From: Desulfobacterales bacterium
GTDB taxonomy: Bacteria > Desulfobacterota > Desulfobacteria > Desulfobacterales > JALSRD01
DNA length: 64,000 nt
Direction of reading: 5' to 3'
Assembly: GCA_026984935.1 (NCBI GenBank)
Contig: JALSRD010000019.1
Span: forward strand, 2,264-66,263
The translations under genes and the position numbers were made by a program. Positions within the stretch are counted from its first letter, which is position 1; each line of letters starts with the position of its first letter. The notes below the pieces were generated by a model. It searched no databases and was not told the DNA's origin. It saw nothing but the letters and a program-made list of their open reading frames with translations. This document shows, piece after piece, positions 54,422 to 64,000 of the stretch.

Positions 54422-55000
54422 TTACTTGATCACGAACTGGGCGCGCCGGTTTTTGGCCCAGGCCTGTTCATTGTGGCCGGGATCCAGGGGCCGCTCTTCA
54501 CCGTAGCTTATCGTGGTCATGCGGGAAGCTGCAATCCCCAGGTTTTCCAGAAAGTTCTTGGCGCTTTTGGCCCGCCTGTCTCCCAGTGCGAGGTTGTACT
54601 CCACCGTCCCGCGCTCGTCGCAGTGTCCCTGGATGATAATATTGGCATCCGGGTTGGCGCGCAGCCAGGCGGCCTTCCGGCGCAGGATATCCTGTGCAGT
54701 GGCATCCAGTTCGGCGCTGTCAAAGGCAAAATGGACCATCTCATTTTCAAACTGCTGACGGGCCTCCATTTTGGCCCTCTGGGCAGCCTCTTCCTTGAGC
54801 CGCTGCTCTTCCAGTGCGCGTTTACGCGCCAATTCCTCCTGCCTGGCCTTCTCGGCGGCTTTGCGCGCGGCTTCGTCTTGGGCCATCTTGCTTGCCGATG
54901 TTCCGGTAACTGCCTTTTTCGCACACGATGTCGTAAACAGCATCGCGGGAACGATGAGTACCAGCGCAATGCTGAGCCACAGTCTTTTTCGCATTTTCAT
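54422..55000 (-). CDS. pal: Peptidoglycan-associated lipoprotein Pal
   Basis: Lipobox LFTTSC and an OmpA-like domain: [12 protein letters not shown]...L...A.WL..NP...[22 protein letters not shown]. Confidence 0.9.
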   Translation of the reverse strand: MKMRKRLWLSIALVLIVPAMLFTTSCAKKAVTGTSASKMAQDEAARKAAEKARQEELARKRALEEQRLKEEAAQRAKMEARQQFENEMVHFAFDSAELDATAQDILRRKAAWLRANPDANIIIQGHCDERGTVEYNLALGDRRAKSAKNFLENLGIAASRMTTISYGEERPLDPGHNEQAWAKNRRAQFVIK

Positions 55001-55178
55001 CCTCCTTTTAGATGGCTACGGATTGATACCTGCTATCGCAGTTTCGACGGGCTGGATCCCGAGCCCGAAAACGGTATTTCCCCTCTAAAAAAAATGCCCC
55101 CTGTGCACCGCCCGCCGTTGAAACCCGATCCAGGAAGCGCTTCGGCTGCCGCAAGGACGCGAAATCCATTCAGCGGTG

Positions 55179-56492
55179 CTATGGGAGGATATTGGCAGAC
55201 CACCGGGGTTCACTTTGCTGTCCCGGCAGGTCGAGCAACCGCCGCTGATCGGTCCCGAATGCCGTCATGACATAGATCTTCGACGGTCCGCCGCGGGTGG
55301 AGCTGAAGGCAATCAGGCTCCCGTCCGGCGACCAGGAAGGTGATTCGTTATCCCCGGGGCCATCCGTCAATTGCAGCAGTCCGTTTCCGTCGACATCGAT
55401 CACACGAATGTTGATCTGTCCTTTGACCAACGCCGTATAGGCGATTTTGTCCCCCCTGGGCGACCAGGCCGGCTGCGTGTTGTGCCGGCCGTCGTAAGTC
55501 AGCCGATGAACTTCCCCGCTGATGATATTTTTGATGTAAATCTGGGGGGTCCCCGAACGTTTCGAAACAAAGGCCATCTGCTTTCCGTCCGGCGACCAGG
55601 CCGGCGAAACATCAATGCCCGGCATATTGGTCAGTTTCTTAATAATTTTTCCCCTTCCGGTCAACAGATAAATTTCCTGGTCCCCGTTGAAGGAAAGGGT
55701 CGCCGCCAGTTCGAATTTGCCGGGCAGCCAGGCCGGCGAGATGTTGATTCCCGGTCTGGAAACCACGGATCCGCGTTTTTCGATGACGTTTTTAATATAT
55801 AGGTCCGGATTTCCCTTTACGTACGAAGTGAAGGCGATCCAGCGGCCGTCCGATGACCAGGCCGGAGAGAGATTGATGCTCTTGTTGTGGGTAAACGGCT
55901 TGGGGTCAAATCCGTCAAAATCACAGGTGTAGATTTCCTTGTTTCCGGAACTGCTGGAAACAAAAGCGATTTTACTGCCGAATATACCGTGGCGGCCGGT
56001 GAGCTGGTAGACCACTTCGGAACAGAATCGATGAATCATGCGGCGCTGGTCTGCCACCTGTCCCCTGTAACGCTTGCCAACGATCAACTTGCCTTTGAAA
56101 GTGTCGTAGAGCCGCAGTTCCATTTCAACCAGGTCGGCTGTCCGCAGCACGCCGCCGGTGATTAAAAGCTCGGCACCGACGGTGGTCCAGTTTTTAAAGT
56201 TGATGTTGGGTGCCACGATGCCGTCTTTCTGTGGGTCGAAAAGAAAGGCGGCCGGATCGAGGACCTTGAAATATCCGGTAAACGCCAGGGTTTCGGTGAG
56301 CAGTTTGGACGCACTGTGGGAGACTTCGAATTCACCCGCCGTGCCGGATATGGCTTTGAACTGCGGAATCGCAATGGGAATTTTTCGCAAAAAGGGGTTG
56401 TTGATATCCACATAGTCATAACCTGCAAAGGCATGGCCGCAAAAAAGGATGAGCACAACGGACAGGATCGTGGCAATGGGTTTTAATCGCAT
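55179..56492 (-). CDS. tolB: Tol-Pal system beta-propeller protein TolB
   Basis: Start at MRLKPIATILSVVL (AAGGAAG RBS). Repeated SPAWSPDG/SPSWSPDG propeller motifs. Confidence 0.9.
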   Translation of the reverse strand: MRLKPIATILSVVLILFCGHAFAGYDYVDINNPFLRKIPIAIPQFKAISGTAGEFEVSHSASKLLTETLAFTGYFKVLDPAAFLFDPQKDGIVAPNINFKNWTTVGAELLITGGVLRTADLVEMELRLYDTFKGKLIVGKRYRGQVADQRRMIHRFCSEVVYQLTGRHGIFGSKIAFVSSSSGNKEIYTCDFDGFDPKPFTHNKSINLSPAWSSDGRWIAFTSYVKGNPDLYIKNVIEKRGSVVSRPGINISPAWLPGKFELAATLSFNGDQEIYLLTGRGKIIKKLTNMPGIDVSPAWSPDGKQMAFVSKRSGTPQIYIKNIISGEVHRLTYDGRHNTQPAWSPRGDKIAYTALVKGQINIRVIDVDGNGLLQLTDGPGDNESPSWSPDGSLIAFSSTRGGPSKIYVMTAFGTDQRRLLDLPGQQSEPRWSANILP

Positions 56493-56536
56493 ATCGGCTT
56501 CCTTTAACCGGTTGTTTTGCAGACAGACTGCCTGGT

Positions 56537-57457
56537 TCACTTCAGCCCCGAAGGCGTAAACACCAGTCCGAGATTGTAAAAAGGCCGCAAATAGCCCTCC
56601 GGCAGGCGCGGCAGGGGATTGGATTTCTGTACGGCTTTGTAAGCCGATTCGTCAAGGTAACGGTTTCCCGAGCGTTTCTCGAACCAGATGTCGCTGATGG
56701 TGCCGTTGGGCAGGATCTTGATAACCAGCACGGCCTCGAGGCCGGGCGTGTCTCCGGCCAGCTGTTCTGAAAAGGCCCAGTGTTTCTGGATTTCATAGGC
56801 CACTTCGGCCTTGTATATATCGATCTGTTGAAGCGCCCGCGGGCTCAAGCCGCTTTGCCCGCCGGTCGCGCCGGGAAACGTCTTGCCGGCCGCGGCTTCC
56901 CGCTTAAGCCCAACCGCAGGCCCCTGACGGCGCACTTCTTTTTTTAAACGCGCAAGGGCGCTGGCCAGTGTCTTCTCGCGGGTGCGGGCCGTCTTTTTCT
57001 CCAGCTCCCGGATAGCGCGTTTAACGGCCGTGGCAGGCTTGAAGGTCTTTTTTTTCAGCGATGTTTTGGGTTTCCACTTTTTTGGCGCCAGCGAAACCGG
57101 CTTTTGGGGTGCAGGCTTTGGCGTGGCCGCCTTGGGAAGCTTTTTTTCGGGGGGCAGATGGACCTTTTTGCCTTCATTGGCCGCCGGCTTATGGGTTGCG
57201 ACCGCTTTTTCCGGTTTGGCCGCCACCCGTACTGCCGAACCGCCCGGCGCCTTCCGGGACTTCAGGGTCACCATATGCACGTTGATCGCCGTGGGCGTCA
57301 TGCGCCGGTTCCCCGACCTGAAATCCGGAAAAAGCACCAGGCCGGCAAAAAAAAGGATGTGGCACAGCAGCGAGATCAAAAAAAATTTGTACCACACCCG
57401 TCGCTCGGAATCCAAACCATACAGAAGGTTGCTGGCGCGCTGCAAGCGGTTATCCAT
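56537..57457 (-). CDS. tolA: TolA/TonB-family energy transducer
   Basis: N-terminal TM helix (FFLISLLCHILFFAGLVLF), a Lys/Pro/Ala-rich linker, and a TonB-C-like end (LVIKILPNGTISDIWFEKRSGNRYLDESAYKAV). It sits between tolR and tolB. Confidence 0.8.
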   Translation of the reverse strand: MDNRLQRASNLLYGLDSERRVWYKFFLISLLCHILFFAGLVLFPDFRSGNRRMTPTAINVHMVTLKSRKAPGGSAVRVAAKPEKAVATHKPAANEGKKVHLPPEKKLPKAATPKPAPQKPVSLAPKKWKPKTSLKKKTFKPATAVKRAIRELEKKTARTREKTLASALARLKKEVRRQGPAVGLKREAAAGKTFPGATGGQSGLSPRALQQIDIYKAEVAYEIQKHWAFSEQLAGDTPGLEAVLVIKILPNGTISDIWFEKRSGNRYLDESAYKAVQKSNPLPRLPEGYLRPFYNLGLVFTPSGLK

Positions 57458-57463
57458 ATCGGT

Positions 57464-57898
57464 TCATCTTGGGCCCTTGGCTGGTTTTTTCCCCGCCGGG
57501 GGTGGCTCTGTAACCATCCCCAGGTTGGTGATACCGGCCGCCTGGATTTGGGCCATGACCCGCGCCACAAGCCCGTAGGGAATATTCTTGTCGGCCCGCA
57601 GGTATACCTGCCGATCGCTGCGGCCGGCAAGGATTCTGGCCAGTTTTTCCTTGAGAAAATCCGGTGTCACCTGAAAATCGTTGATGAAAACTTTGCCGTT
57701 CGCATCGATGCTGATGATCAAATGTTCCTGCTTGGTGCGCAAGGGCTGCGAGGTGGTTTGCGGCAGTGAGATGTCGACGCCCTGCATCATCATGGGAGCT
57801 GTTACCATGAAAATAATCAGCAAAACCAGCATCACGTCCACCAGCGGCGTGACATTGATATCGGCCATTAATCGATCGGCATTGGTTTCCACAGCCAT
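57464..57898 (-). CDS. tolR: TolR/ExbD family protein
   Basis: ADINVTPLVDVMLVLLIIFMVTAP, 144 aa. Confidence 0.9.
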   Translation of the reverse strand: MAVETNADRLMADINVTPLVDVMLVLLIIFMVTAPMMMQGVDISLPQTTSQPLRTKQEHLIISIDANGKVFINDFQVTPDFLKEKLARILAGRSDRQVYLRADKNIPYGLVARVMAQIQAAGITNLGMVTEPPPAGKKPAKGPR

Positions 57899-57912
57899 GT
57901 CGGTCTCCCTTT

Positions 57913-58635
57913 CTATGCCTGCATACGCATGATATCACGTTCCACGATATTCAGAAAATCCGCCGAAAAACTGTGAAGCTCCGATTCGAGGATCCTGATT
58001 TTCTGCATAAAAAAATTAAAGGCGATCACAGCCGGAATGGCGGCCGCCAGGCCTGCCGCCGTGGCAATCAGGGCCTCGGATATGCCGGGCGCAACAACCG
58101 CCAGGCTGGCCGAACCGCGCAGTCCGATGCCATGAAAAGAACTCATGATTCCCCATACCGTTCCGAACAGGCCGATAAAAGGCGCCGTATTGCCGGTAGT
58201 CGCCAGAAAGGGAACCAGTTGTGTCATGCGGACGACTTCAGTGTTCGTGGCCCGCCGCAGGGCACGCTGGATATTGCCAAGCCCCGCCGGGCTGTTGTTC
58301 CAGGAAAAATCTTCCCCATCAGCCGCCCGGGGAGGCGCTGACCGCTGGGCCTGGCTGATTTTTCGAAGTTCAAGATAACCGACCCGGAAAATTCTTGCGA
58401 TGGGGCTGTTGCGCAACTGTTTGGCCTTGGCAAAGGCATCGGAAAGATCCCGGCTCTTCCAGAAAAAATCCGTGAAAAACGCCGACTCTTTAAAGGCCCA
58501 TTTTATATATCGGTATTTAATCAGGATAATCGCCCATGAGGCGACAGAAAAAAACAAAAGGATCAAAAGCACGAAAAGGACCATGGGGCCCGCACTGCGG
58601 ACTATACTGAAAATATTAACATCATGAGCAAGCAT
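57913..58635 (-). CDS. tolQ: TolQ/ExbB family proton channel protein
   Basis: FLATTGNTAPFIGLFGTVWGIM.SF...G.......V.APGISEALIATAAGLAAAIPAVIAFN. Confidence 0.9.
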   Translation of the reverse strand: MLAHDVNIFSIVRSAGPMVLFVLLILLFFSVASWAIILIKYRYIKWAFKESAFFTDFFWKSRDLSDAFAKAKQLRNSPIARIFRVGYLELRKISQAQRSAPPRAADGEDFSWNNSPAGLGNIQRALRRATNTEVVRMTQLVPFLATTGNTAPFIGLFGTVWGIMSSFHGIGLRGSASLAVVAPGISEALIATAAGLAAAIPAVIAFNFFMQKIRILESELHSFSADFLNIVERDIMRMQA

Positions 58636-58696
58636 AGAAACTCCGGTTGTTTTGAGGTCATGGACGCTGGTTTTTTTATCTTTAAACTATGGATTA

Positions 58697-58832
58697 ATTG
58701 TTTCGATGATTTCGTAAAAACTCCGGTCAGACGGCTTGGGGTCTTTTAACGCTCAAACCCCGCACAGCGCTTTTCGAGGAAAAGCCTTGAAATCCGCTCC
58801 AAGGCGGCTTTTCCCCGGGTCTGTCAACTGTT
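58697..58832 (-). repeat. MITE-like dispersed intergenic repeat, short form (copy C)
   Basis: ~135 bp. Its reverse complement aligns with both ends of copies A and B but lacks their central ~70 bp. Confidence 0.7.
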
Positions 58833-59372
58833 TTGAATATCCTTGATTCGCAAATTCCAATTGCTCTGTCCCCATGACAGGGAACTGCACATACAGGTCA
58901 GGAACTCCGGATGCAAGTATCCGGATGGATAAGAAACTGCGGAAGGCCTTTTTTAAATGTCTTAGGCTTTCTTTCCGGTGGTCTCAAGTTCGCGGATTGG
59001 ACCCAATGCATGGTCCGTGCATAAGGTGGACATAAATGGCCCAAAACAGACCGCAGGTGACACATACAAGACTGTATTTCTTATTACGATGATGAAAAGC
59101 ATGTCAAGGGGTTTGCTATCCCTTCATTGACTTGCGCTGACTTTTTTGTTAAACATCCGCAACGTCAGCCTCAACCAGCCGCATACCACCGCAGCGTGTA
59201 AACGTCATATGCGTTTTAGATTAAAAGGTATTCACTCCATTAGGCATCGGGCGCCAAAACATTTGGCCGTTTGTTTCAGACTGCTCGACGACACCTTCGC
59301 CGCAGCGCGCAGGAAATGCTGGGACGCGTGCCGCCGCAGCCAGGTCCCTGCCGTAGCGGGCGCTGCTGACCG

Positions 59373-60812
59373 ATGAAACTTTCTTTCGGCATCCGCGGCA
59401 AACTCTTCTTCTGGTATTTCCTCTTCCTGCTGATTTTCTACGGTACGATTCTGGCGCTGTATTTCGATATCCACCAGATCATGCGCATCTCCGAGAGCAT
59501 TGTAAACCAACACTACCGGATCGCTTCCATTGCCAAGAAAATGGGCGAAAATCTTCTCAGCATGGAAGAGCATGAAAAAAAATACCAGTTGTTGCGCAAA
59601 AAAGAATATCTGCAGCTTTTTCTTGCCGCCAAAAACGACTTTGAAAACAGTCTGCGGGAAATCACCAGCCTGGTGCCCGCCAAAGAGAAATCGTCGGGGC
59701 CGTGGTGGAGGATTGCACAGAGTTACCGGAAGGTTGTCTCGCAGCTGCCGGAACTTGAAAACTCCCCGCCGCCTGAAAAAGCCTGGATTCCCGAATCCGC
59801 CATCAACCGCTGGATCGACATTTTGCGGCGTGCCCGGGCAGACACCGAAGAAAAAATCGTAACGGCCAACATTCAGCTGAACCGGCGTGGCCGGACTGCT
59901 GTGCGCAACGGCCTGGCCGGACTCGCACTCTCCACCCTGGTGGGGCTGGTCTGGAGCCTTTTTTTCGCTTATTCCACCATCAGGCCATTGAAATCACTGA
60001 TCTACGGCATCCGTTCCATCTCCAGCGGACGCTCGAGCCGCCCCATTGCCATCCGTGCCAAAGATGAATTCGGTGAAGTGGCCCGGGCTTTTAATGAAAT
60101 GGCCCAACGGCTGCACGAGGAAGAGCACATGCGTGCGGATTTCATCTCCATGCTGAGCCATGAAATCAGAACCCCCTTGACATCGATCCGGGAATCGGTG
60201 AATATGATCGCCGAAGAGGTCATGGGTGACATTAATGACCGCCAGAGAAAATTTTTACAAATTGCCAGTTCCGAAATCGGGCGTATATCAGAATTGCTCA
60301 ATCATCTGATGCAGGTAACACGCCTGGAATCCCAGGTCATTCAGATCGACCCCCGACCTTTTTCTCCTTTTCCAATGCTGGCGAAGTCCATCGAACGGAT
60401 CCGGCCGGCGGCGGTGGCCAAACGGATTCAGATCCGGATGCTGGCACCCCGAAAACTGCCCACCGTTGCCGGTGATTCGAAATACCTTCAGCAGGTGCTG
60501 CTCAACCTGCTGGGAAACGCCGTCAAATTTTCGAACCGGAACGGCCGCATCGAGCTGCGTGCCGAGCCGGACAGCGATAAAAAGAACCTAAAAATATGCG
60601 TATACGACAACGGGCCCGGAATTCCTGAAAACGAACAGAAACTCATCTTTACCAAATATTACCGGGCAAAGGATATCCGGGACCAGATGGACGGAGTCGG
60701 GTTGGGGCTCAACATCGCCAAGCACATTGTCGAAGCACACCACGGATCCATCTGGGTAAAAAGCATCCCGGGAAAGGGGAGCATCTTCTGTTTTACGGTA
60801 CCCATCGCATAA
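59373..60812 (+). CDS. Membrane sensor histidine kinase (HAMP-HisKA-HATPase)
   Basis: Two TM segments, HAMP, H-box SMLSHEIRTPLTSI, and the N/G boxes (LLGNAVKFS, DNGPGI, GVGLGLNIAK). Confidence 0.9.
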   Translation: MKLSFGIRGKLFFWYFLFLLIFYGTILALYFDIHQIMRISESIVNQHYRIASIAKKMGENLLSMEEHEKKYQLLRKKEYLQLFLAAKNDFENSLREITSLVPAKEKSSGPWWRIAQSYRKVVSQLPELENSPPPEKAWIPESAINRWIDILRRARADTEEKIVTANIQLNRRGRTAVRNGLAGLALSTLVGLVWSLFFAYSTIRPLKSLIYGIRSISSGRSSRPIAIRAKDEFGEVARAFNEMAQRLHEEEHMRADFISMLSHEIRTPLTSIRESVNMIAEEVMGDINDRQRKFLQIASSEIGRISELLNHLMQVTRLESQVIQIDPRPFSPFPMLAKSIERIRPAAVAKRIQIRMLAPRKLPTVAGDSKYLQQVLLNLLGNAVKFSNRNGRIELRAEPDSDKKNLKICVYDNGPGIPENEQKLIFTKYYRAKDIRDQMDGVGLGLNIAKHIVEAHHGSIWVKSIPGKGSIFCFTVPIA

Positions 60813-60847
60813 ACCGGGCTTACCGCCGATTCGGCCGCTGGCTGGCG

Positions 60848-61474
60848 TTGCTGACTCTGCTGTCGACGGCTGCAGGATGCGTGAATCAGCAGCAGTGGCT
60901 GGCCACACCGCATCTGTCCCATGCAAGGCAGGCGCTGCAGAAAGGGCTGGAAGCCTTCCAGCGCGCAGACTACCCGCATGCGCTGGCGATATTCGAAAAG
61001 CTTCAGCGCTCCGGCGACCCCAAAACTGCACGCCAGGCGACCTACGCCGCCGCGTGCGTCCGCCTGCTGTCGGCGGCCAATCCGCGGGAATATCGGGATG
61101 CTCTGCGCCAGTGGCAGGCCTGGAGCCGGATGGCACCTTTGAAATTCACGGGTGAAGACCCGCGCCTGCTGACGCCGCTCCTGCAACGCCAATTGCTGAC
61201 CGCCGCCGGCAAACGCGCCTCCAAAAGAGAAAAACCCGCCCTGTGGCAAAAACGGGCTGTTCCACCGGCCAAGTACCGCGAACAGGAAAAAGAAATCCGC
61301 AAACTGAAGGCCCGCATCAAGGCCATGCAGGAGCAAAAACCTCTGTGGGAATATTACGTTAAACACACGGCCGAACTCGAAAATGAGATCTGGAACCTGA
61401 AACACAAAATCAACCGGCTGGAAGCCATCGACCAGAAAATTCAACAGAAAAAGAAAGAAATCTCCTCACCGTAG
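60848..61474 (+). CDS. Lipoprotein with C-terminal coiled coil (start probably upstream of the called TTG)
   Basis: The in-frame upstream sequence reads NRAYRRFGRWLALLTLLSTAAGC, a complete lipoprotein signal peptide of which the ORF call keeps only MLTLLSTAAGC. The C-terminal half is heptad-like (KEIRKLKARIKAMQEQ...ENEIWNLKHKINRLEAIDQKIQQ). Confidence 0.6.
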   Translation: MLTLLSTAAGCVNQQQWLATPHLSHARQALQKGLEAFQRADYPHALAIFEKLQRSGDPKTARQATYAAACVRLLSAANPREYRDALRQWQAWSRMAPLKFTGEDPRLLTPLLQRQLLTAAGKRASKREKPALWQKRAVPPAKYREQEKEIRKLKARIKAMQEQKPLWEYYVKHTAELENEIWNLKHKINRLEAIDQKIQQKKKEISSP

Positions 61475-61526
61475 ACTCCAGCTGGTCGATCCACATTGCA
61501 AATCCGTACCGCAGCCAAAAAATGCC

Positions 61527-62882
61527 ATGAAATACCCCCAACACATTCTGATTGTCGATGACGACAAGAGCGTGCTGGAAGTTCTGGAAGCCCGACTGAG
61601 CACTTCCGGGTTCAACGTAATTATGGCGGATAACGGCTACCAGGCCCTTCGAATCCTGTCCGAAGAACCGGTGGATGCCGTGATTTCCGATGTCAAGATG
61701 CCGAAAATGGGGGGCATGCAGCTGCTGAACAAGATGCACAGTATCCGACCCGAACTGCCCGTCATCTTTCTTACGGCCTACGGCACCATCGCGGATGCGG
61801 TCAAGGCCGTACAGGCCGGCGCCACCGATTACCTGACCAAACCTTTTGACGGCCGTGAGCTGGTGCGCAAGCTAAAGGACATCCCCAGGCCAGCCGCGGA
61901 CCGCCTGAAGGCATCGCTTTCCGCAGGTGATGAACTGGAATCCGATACGGCCAAAAGCCCCGGCATGCAGCGGCTGCACGACATGATCGAACGGGTTGCC
62001 GCCAGTGATGTCAACGTCCTGGTATTGGGCGAAAGCGGTGTCGGGAAAGAGCGTGCCGCACGCCAGATTCACCGCCTGAGCCGCCGCTGCGAAAACCCTT
62101 TTGTGGTTGTCGACTGCGGCGCCACGCCCTCCGGCCTTCTGGAAAGCGAACTGTTCGGACACATCAAGGGATCTTTTACGCACGCCATCCGGGATAAAAA
62201 AGGCCTGATCGAAGCCGCGGACGGCGGTACGCTTTTCCTGGATGAAATCGGCAACATTTCCGCCGAAATGCAAATGCGTCTGCTGCGCTTCATCGAAACA
62301 CGCACAATCCGCAAAATCGGCAGCCTGCAGGAAGCCGCCGTCGACTGCCGTATTGTATCGGCCACCAACGTAGACCTCACCGAAGCCATCCGCCAGGGGC
62401 AGTTCCGTGAAGACCTCTATTACCGCCTGCGCGTGGTCACGCTGCGCATTCCGCCGCTGCGTGAGCGCCGGGAGGACATCCCCGCCCTGGCAGAGTGCTT
62501 CGTGAAAGATTTCTGCAAAATACGGGGCATTAAAAAGGTATCCCTGCCCGCAGATACCGTCAAATGGCTCTGCGAATATCCCTGGCCGGGCAACGTGCGT
62601 GAACTGAAAAACGCCATCGAGGGCGGGGTCATTTTCGCCACCAACGGCGTGCTGCGCGTCGAAGACCTGCAGTTGTGCGGGCTTCCCGAACATCCCGACA
62701 TGGCACAGGACACCTGCAAAGATTCGCTGCTGCTGGCGGACAACGAGCGCAATACCATTGTCAAAGCATTGCAGCAGACTGGCGGTGTACAGAAAGATGC
62801 CGCCGTTTTGCTGGGCATCAGCCGCCGGGCCATCCACTACAAAATCAAAAAATTCGGCATCAACGTGCGGCAGCTGCAATGA
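61527..62882 (+). CDS. Sigma-54-dependent response regulator (NtrC family)
   Basis: REC (ILIVDDD...VISDVKMPKMGG), AAA+ (GESGVGKE, variant loop GSFTHA at nt 62169-62186, FREDLYYRL) and an HTH (KDAAVLLGISRRAIHYKIKKF). Confidence 0.9.
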   Translation: MKYPQHILIVDDDKSVLEVLEARLSTSGFNVIMADNGYQALRILSEEPVDAVISDVKMPKMGGMQLLNKMHSIRPELPVIFLTAYGTIADAVKAVQAGATDYLTKPFDGRELVRKLKDIPRPAADRLKASLSAGDELESDTAKSPGMQRLHDMIERVAASDVNVLVLGESGVGKERAARQIHRLSRRCENPFVVVDCGATPSGLLESELFGHIKGSFTHAIRDKKGLIEAADGGTLFLDEIGNISAEMQMRLLRFIETRTIRKIGSLQEAAVDCRIVSATNVDLTEAIRQGQFREDLYYRLRVVTLRIPPLRERREDIPALAECFVKDFCKIRGIKKVSLPADTVKWLCEYPWPGNVRELKNAIEGGVIFATNGVLRVEDLQLCGLPEHPDMAQDTCKDSLLLADNERNTIVKALQQTGGVQKDAAVLLGISRRAIHYKIKKFGINVRQLQ

Positions 62883-63290
62883 AACTGAGGACCAGCGGCC
62901 CCGCCCCAAGGCCGGAGCAAAGCCTTCTTTTTCAAAAGACCCGCCAAATCCTTCAAGGCCCATGGCTTTTGCATACCTGAAGCCGGTGTGAAAATAGGTC
63001 CAGCCATCCCGCCGCGGCTGCGGTGGCCGGGACTTCGGGGTCTGGCGGATGAAAACCCCCCGACGCATACAAAATTCATGGTATGACGCATTCCATCAAG
63101 TCCGGCCTTCGGAACCGAGGGCCCGGGGAAAACCGCTCCCCCGGCATGCCTTTTCGGGCTTATCAAAATGCAACAAAAGTTTGGATTGACACAGCCGGAT
63201 CGATTGTAATAGACTTTTTTGTTTTAAGAACGACTGGCTGAGCGCCCGTGGCAACCCCGGGCAACACCTCACAACAATGCGGAGGATGCA

Positions 63291-63932
63291 ATGAACTGGC
63301 TGACCAACACACTGGGGACTTCCATTGGGAAAAAGCTGATGATGGCCGTTACCGGCTTGGCATTTATCGGTTTTCTGACCGTACATCTGGCTGGGAATCT
63401 GACCCTCTACGGCGGTCCGGACAGTTTTAACAGCTATGCGGAGCATCTGCACGCCCTGGGGCCGCTGGTAATCATTTTCGAATGGGGCCTGATGCTGCTG
63501 GCACTGGTGCATATCCTCACCGGCACATTCCTCTATTTCCAGAACCTGGCTGCCAGGCCACTGCGCTACAGTGTCAACAAGCGCGGCGGCGGACGTACCC
63601 TGGGCTCGGCGACCATGCCCTATACCGGCGTACTGATCCTGCTGTTTGTCATCTTTCACCTGGCCAATTTCCGTTTTATCGACGCTTCGCATGCCTCCCT
63701 TTTCCAGGTCGTTTCAGGGGCGTTTGCCCACCCGCTTTACGTCGGCATCTACGTTTTTGCCATGGCCGTCGTCGCCATCCACGTCAGTCACGGCTTCTGG
63801 AGCCTATTCCAAAGCCTGGGTTTGAACCACCCCAAATACATGCCCTTTCTCCGGGGGCTGGGCATTGTCGTCAGCCTGATTTTCGGCCTTGGTTTCGGTT
63901 TCCTGCCGATTTATATTTCATTCATTGCATAG
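63291..63932 (+). CDS. sdhC: Succinate dehydrogenase/fumarate reductase cytochrome b subunit (b558 type)
   Basis: 213 aa with five predicted TM helices. GKKLMMAVTGLAFIGFLTVHLAGNL... and conserved His residues in the helices. The flavoprotein subunit gene follows. Confidence 0.8.
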   Translation: MNWLTNTLGTSIGKKLMMAVTGLAFIGFLTVHLAGNLTLYGGPDSFNSYAEHLHALGPLVIIFEWGLMLLALVHILTGTFLYFQNLAARPLRYSVNKRGGGRTLGSATMPYTGVLILLFVIFHLANFRFIDASHASLFQVVSGAFAHPLYVGIYVFAMAVVAIHVSHGFWSLFQSLGLNHPKYMPFLRGLGIVVSLIFGLGFGFLPIYISFIA

Positions 63933-63951
63933 ATAGAGGAGGGAACGCGTT

Positions 63952-64000
63952 ATGCAGCTCGACGCCAAAATTCCCGCGGGCCCGCTTGCGGAAAAATGGG
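63952..64000 (+). CDS. sdhA: Succinate dehydrogenase/fumarate reductase flavoprotein subunit, first 16 codons (3' end outside the window)
   Basis: GAGGAGGG RBS followed by MQLDAKIPAGPLAEKW. This matches the characteristic N-terminus (..IP.GPL..KW...) of type-B SdhA/FrdA proteins as I remember it. Confidence 0.6.
   Translation, partial: MQLDAKIPAGPLAEKW

Noticed and set aside
54077-55270. 397-aa plus-strand ORF across the cpoB-pal-tolB junction
   Set aside because: It overlaps three recognisable Tol-Pal genes on the other strand, and its composition is antisense-like.
61872-63068. 398-aa minus-strand ORF opposite the second sigma-54 regulator
   Set aside because: It is a shadow ORF of a well-supported NtrC-family gene and has no recognisable motifs.
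1-64000. CRISPR arrays, rRNA genes, prophage structural genes
   Set aside because: No short, regularly spaced direct repeats, rRNA-like sequence or phage capsid, tail or terminase-like ORFs were seen in either strand's ORF set.

Overview
The window looks like a GC-rich chromosome, possibly from a Desulfobacterota-like organism (inference only), with an AT-richer accessory segment at the left end.

(1) 1-5.7 kb is a probable genomic-island edge. It holds a 5'-truncated nucleoside-phosphorylase-like ORF, translationally coupled to a 1222-aa zinc-ribbon/kinase-like/P-loop NTPase protein with a Rossmann-like C-terminal module. A Vsr-type endonuclease gene follows, then a GC jump, a tRNA T-arm fragment and an IS21 istB remnant. 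This is my best candidate for an undescribed conflict or defence module, but it is cut by the window edge.

(2) 6.3-18.9 kb holds one uninterrupted 3614-aa ORF that fuses a radical SAM domain, seven glycosyltransferase domains and TPR blocks. A TPR-GT9 protein follows. Both sit directly beside flaF, flbT and a flagellin gene, so this is a putative flagellin or surface glycosylation megaenzyme.

(3) 19-42.7 kb is a motility and chemotaxis region. It contains:
- flagellin, and a FlrBC-like histidine kinase with a sigma-54 activator
- two MotAB stator sets
- a CheX-CheX-FliN fusion, CheW, and a receiver/HD-GYP regulator
- FlaG-, FlhB-C- and FliK-like genes
- an MCP with a recent internal duplication
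- two small arginine-repeat ORFs
- six sigma-28-type promoters and a MITE-like dispersed repeat family

(4) 42.9-64 kb is mostly housekeeping:
- thiE, and a TPP riboswitch with thiW and an ECF transporter
- rpsI and rplM, and a CYTH protein
- bactofilin with an L,D-transpeptidase, and a DUF62 SAM hydrolase
- ruvCAB, and tolQRA-tolB-pal-cpoB
- a histidine kinase/lipoprotein/sigma-54 regulator trio, and the start of sdhCA

No CRISPR array, rRNA or intact tRNA was seen. Coordinates of non-ORF features were hand-indexed and may be off by 1-2 nt.
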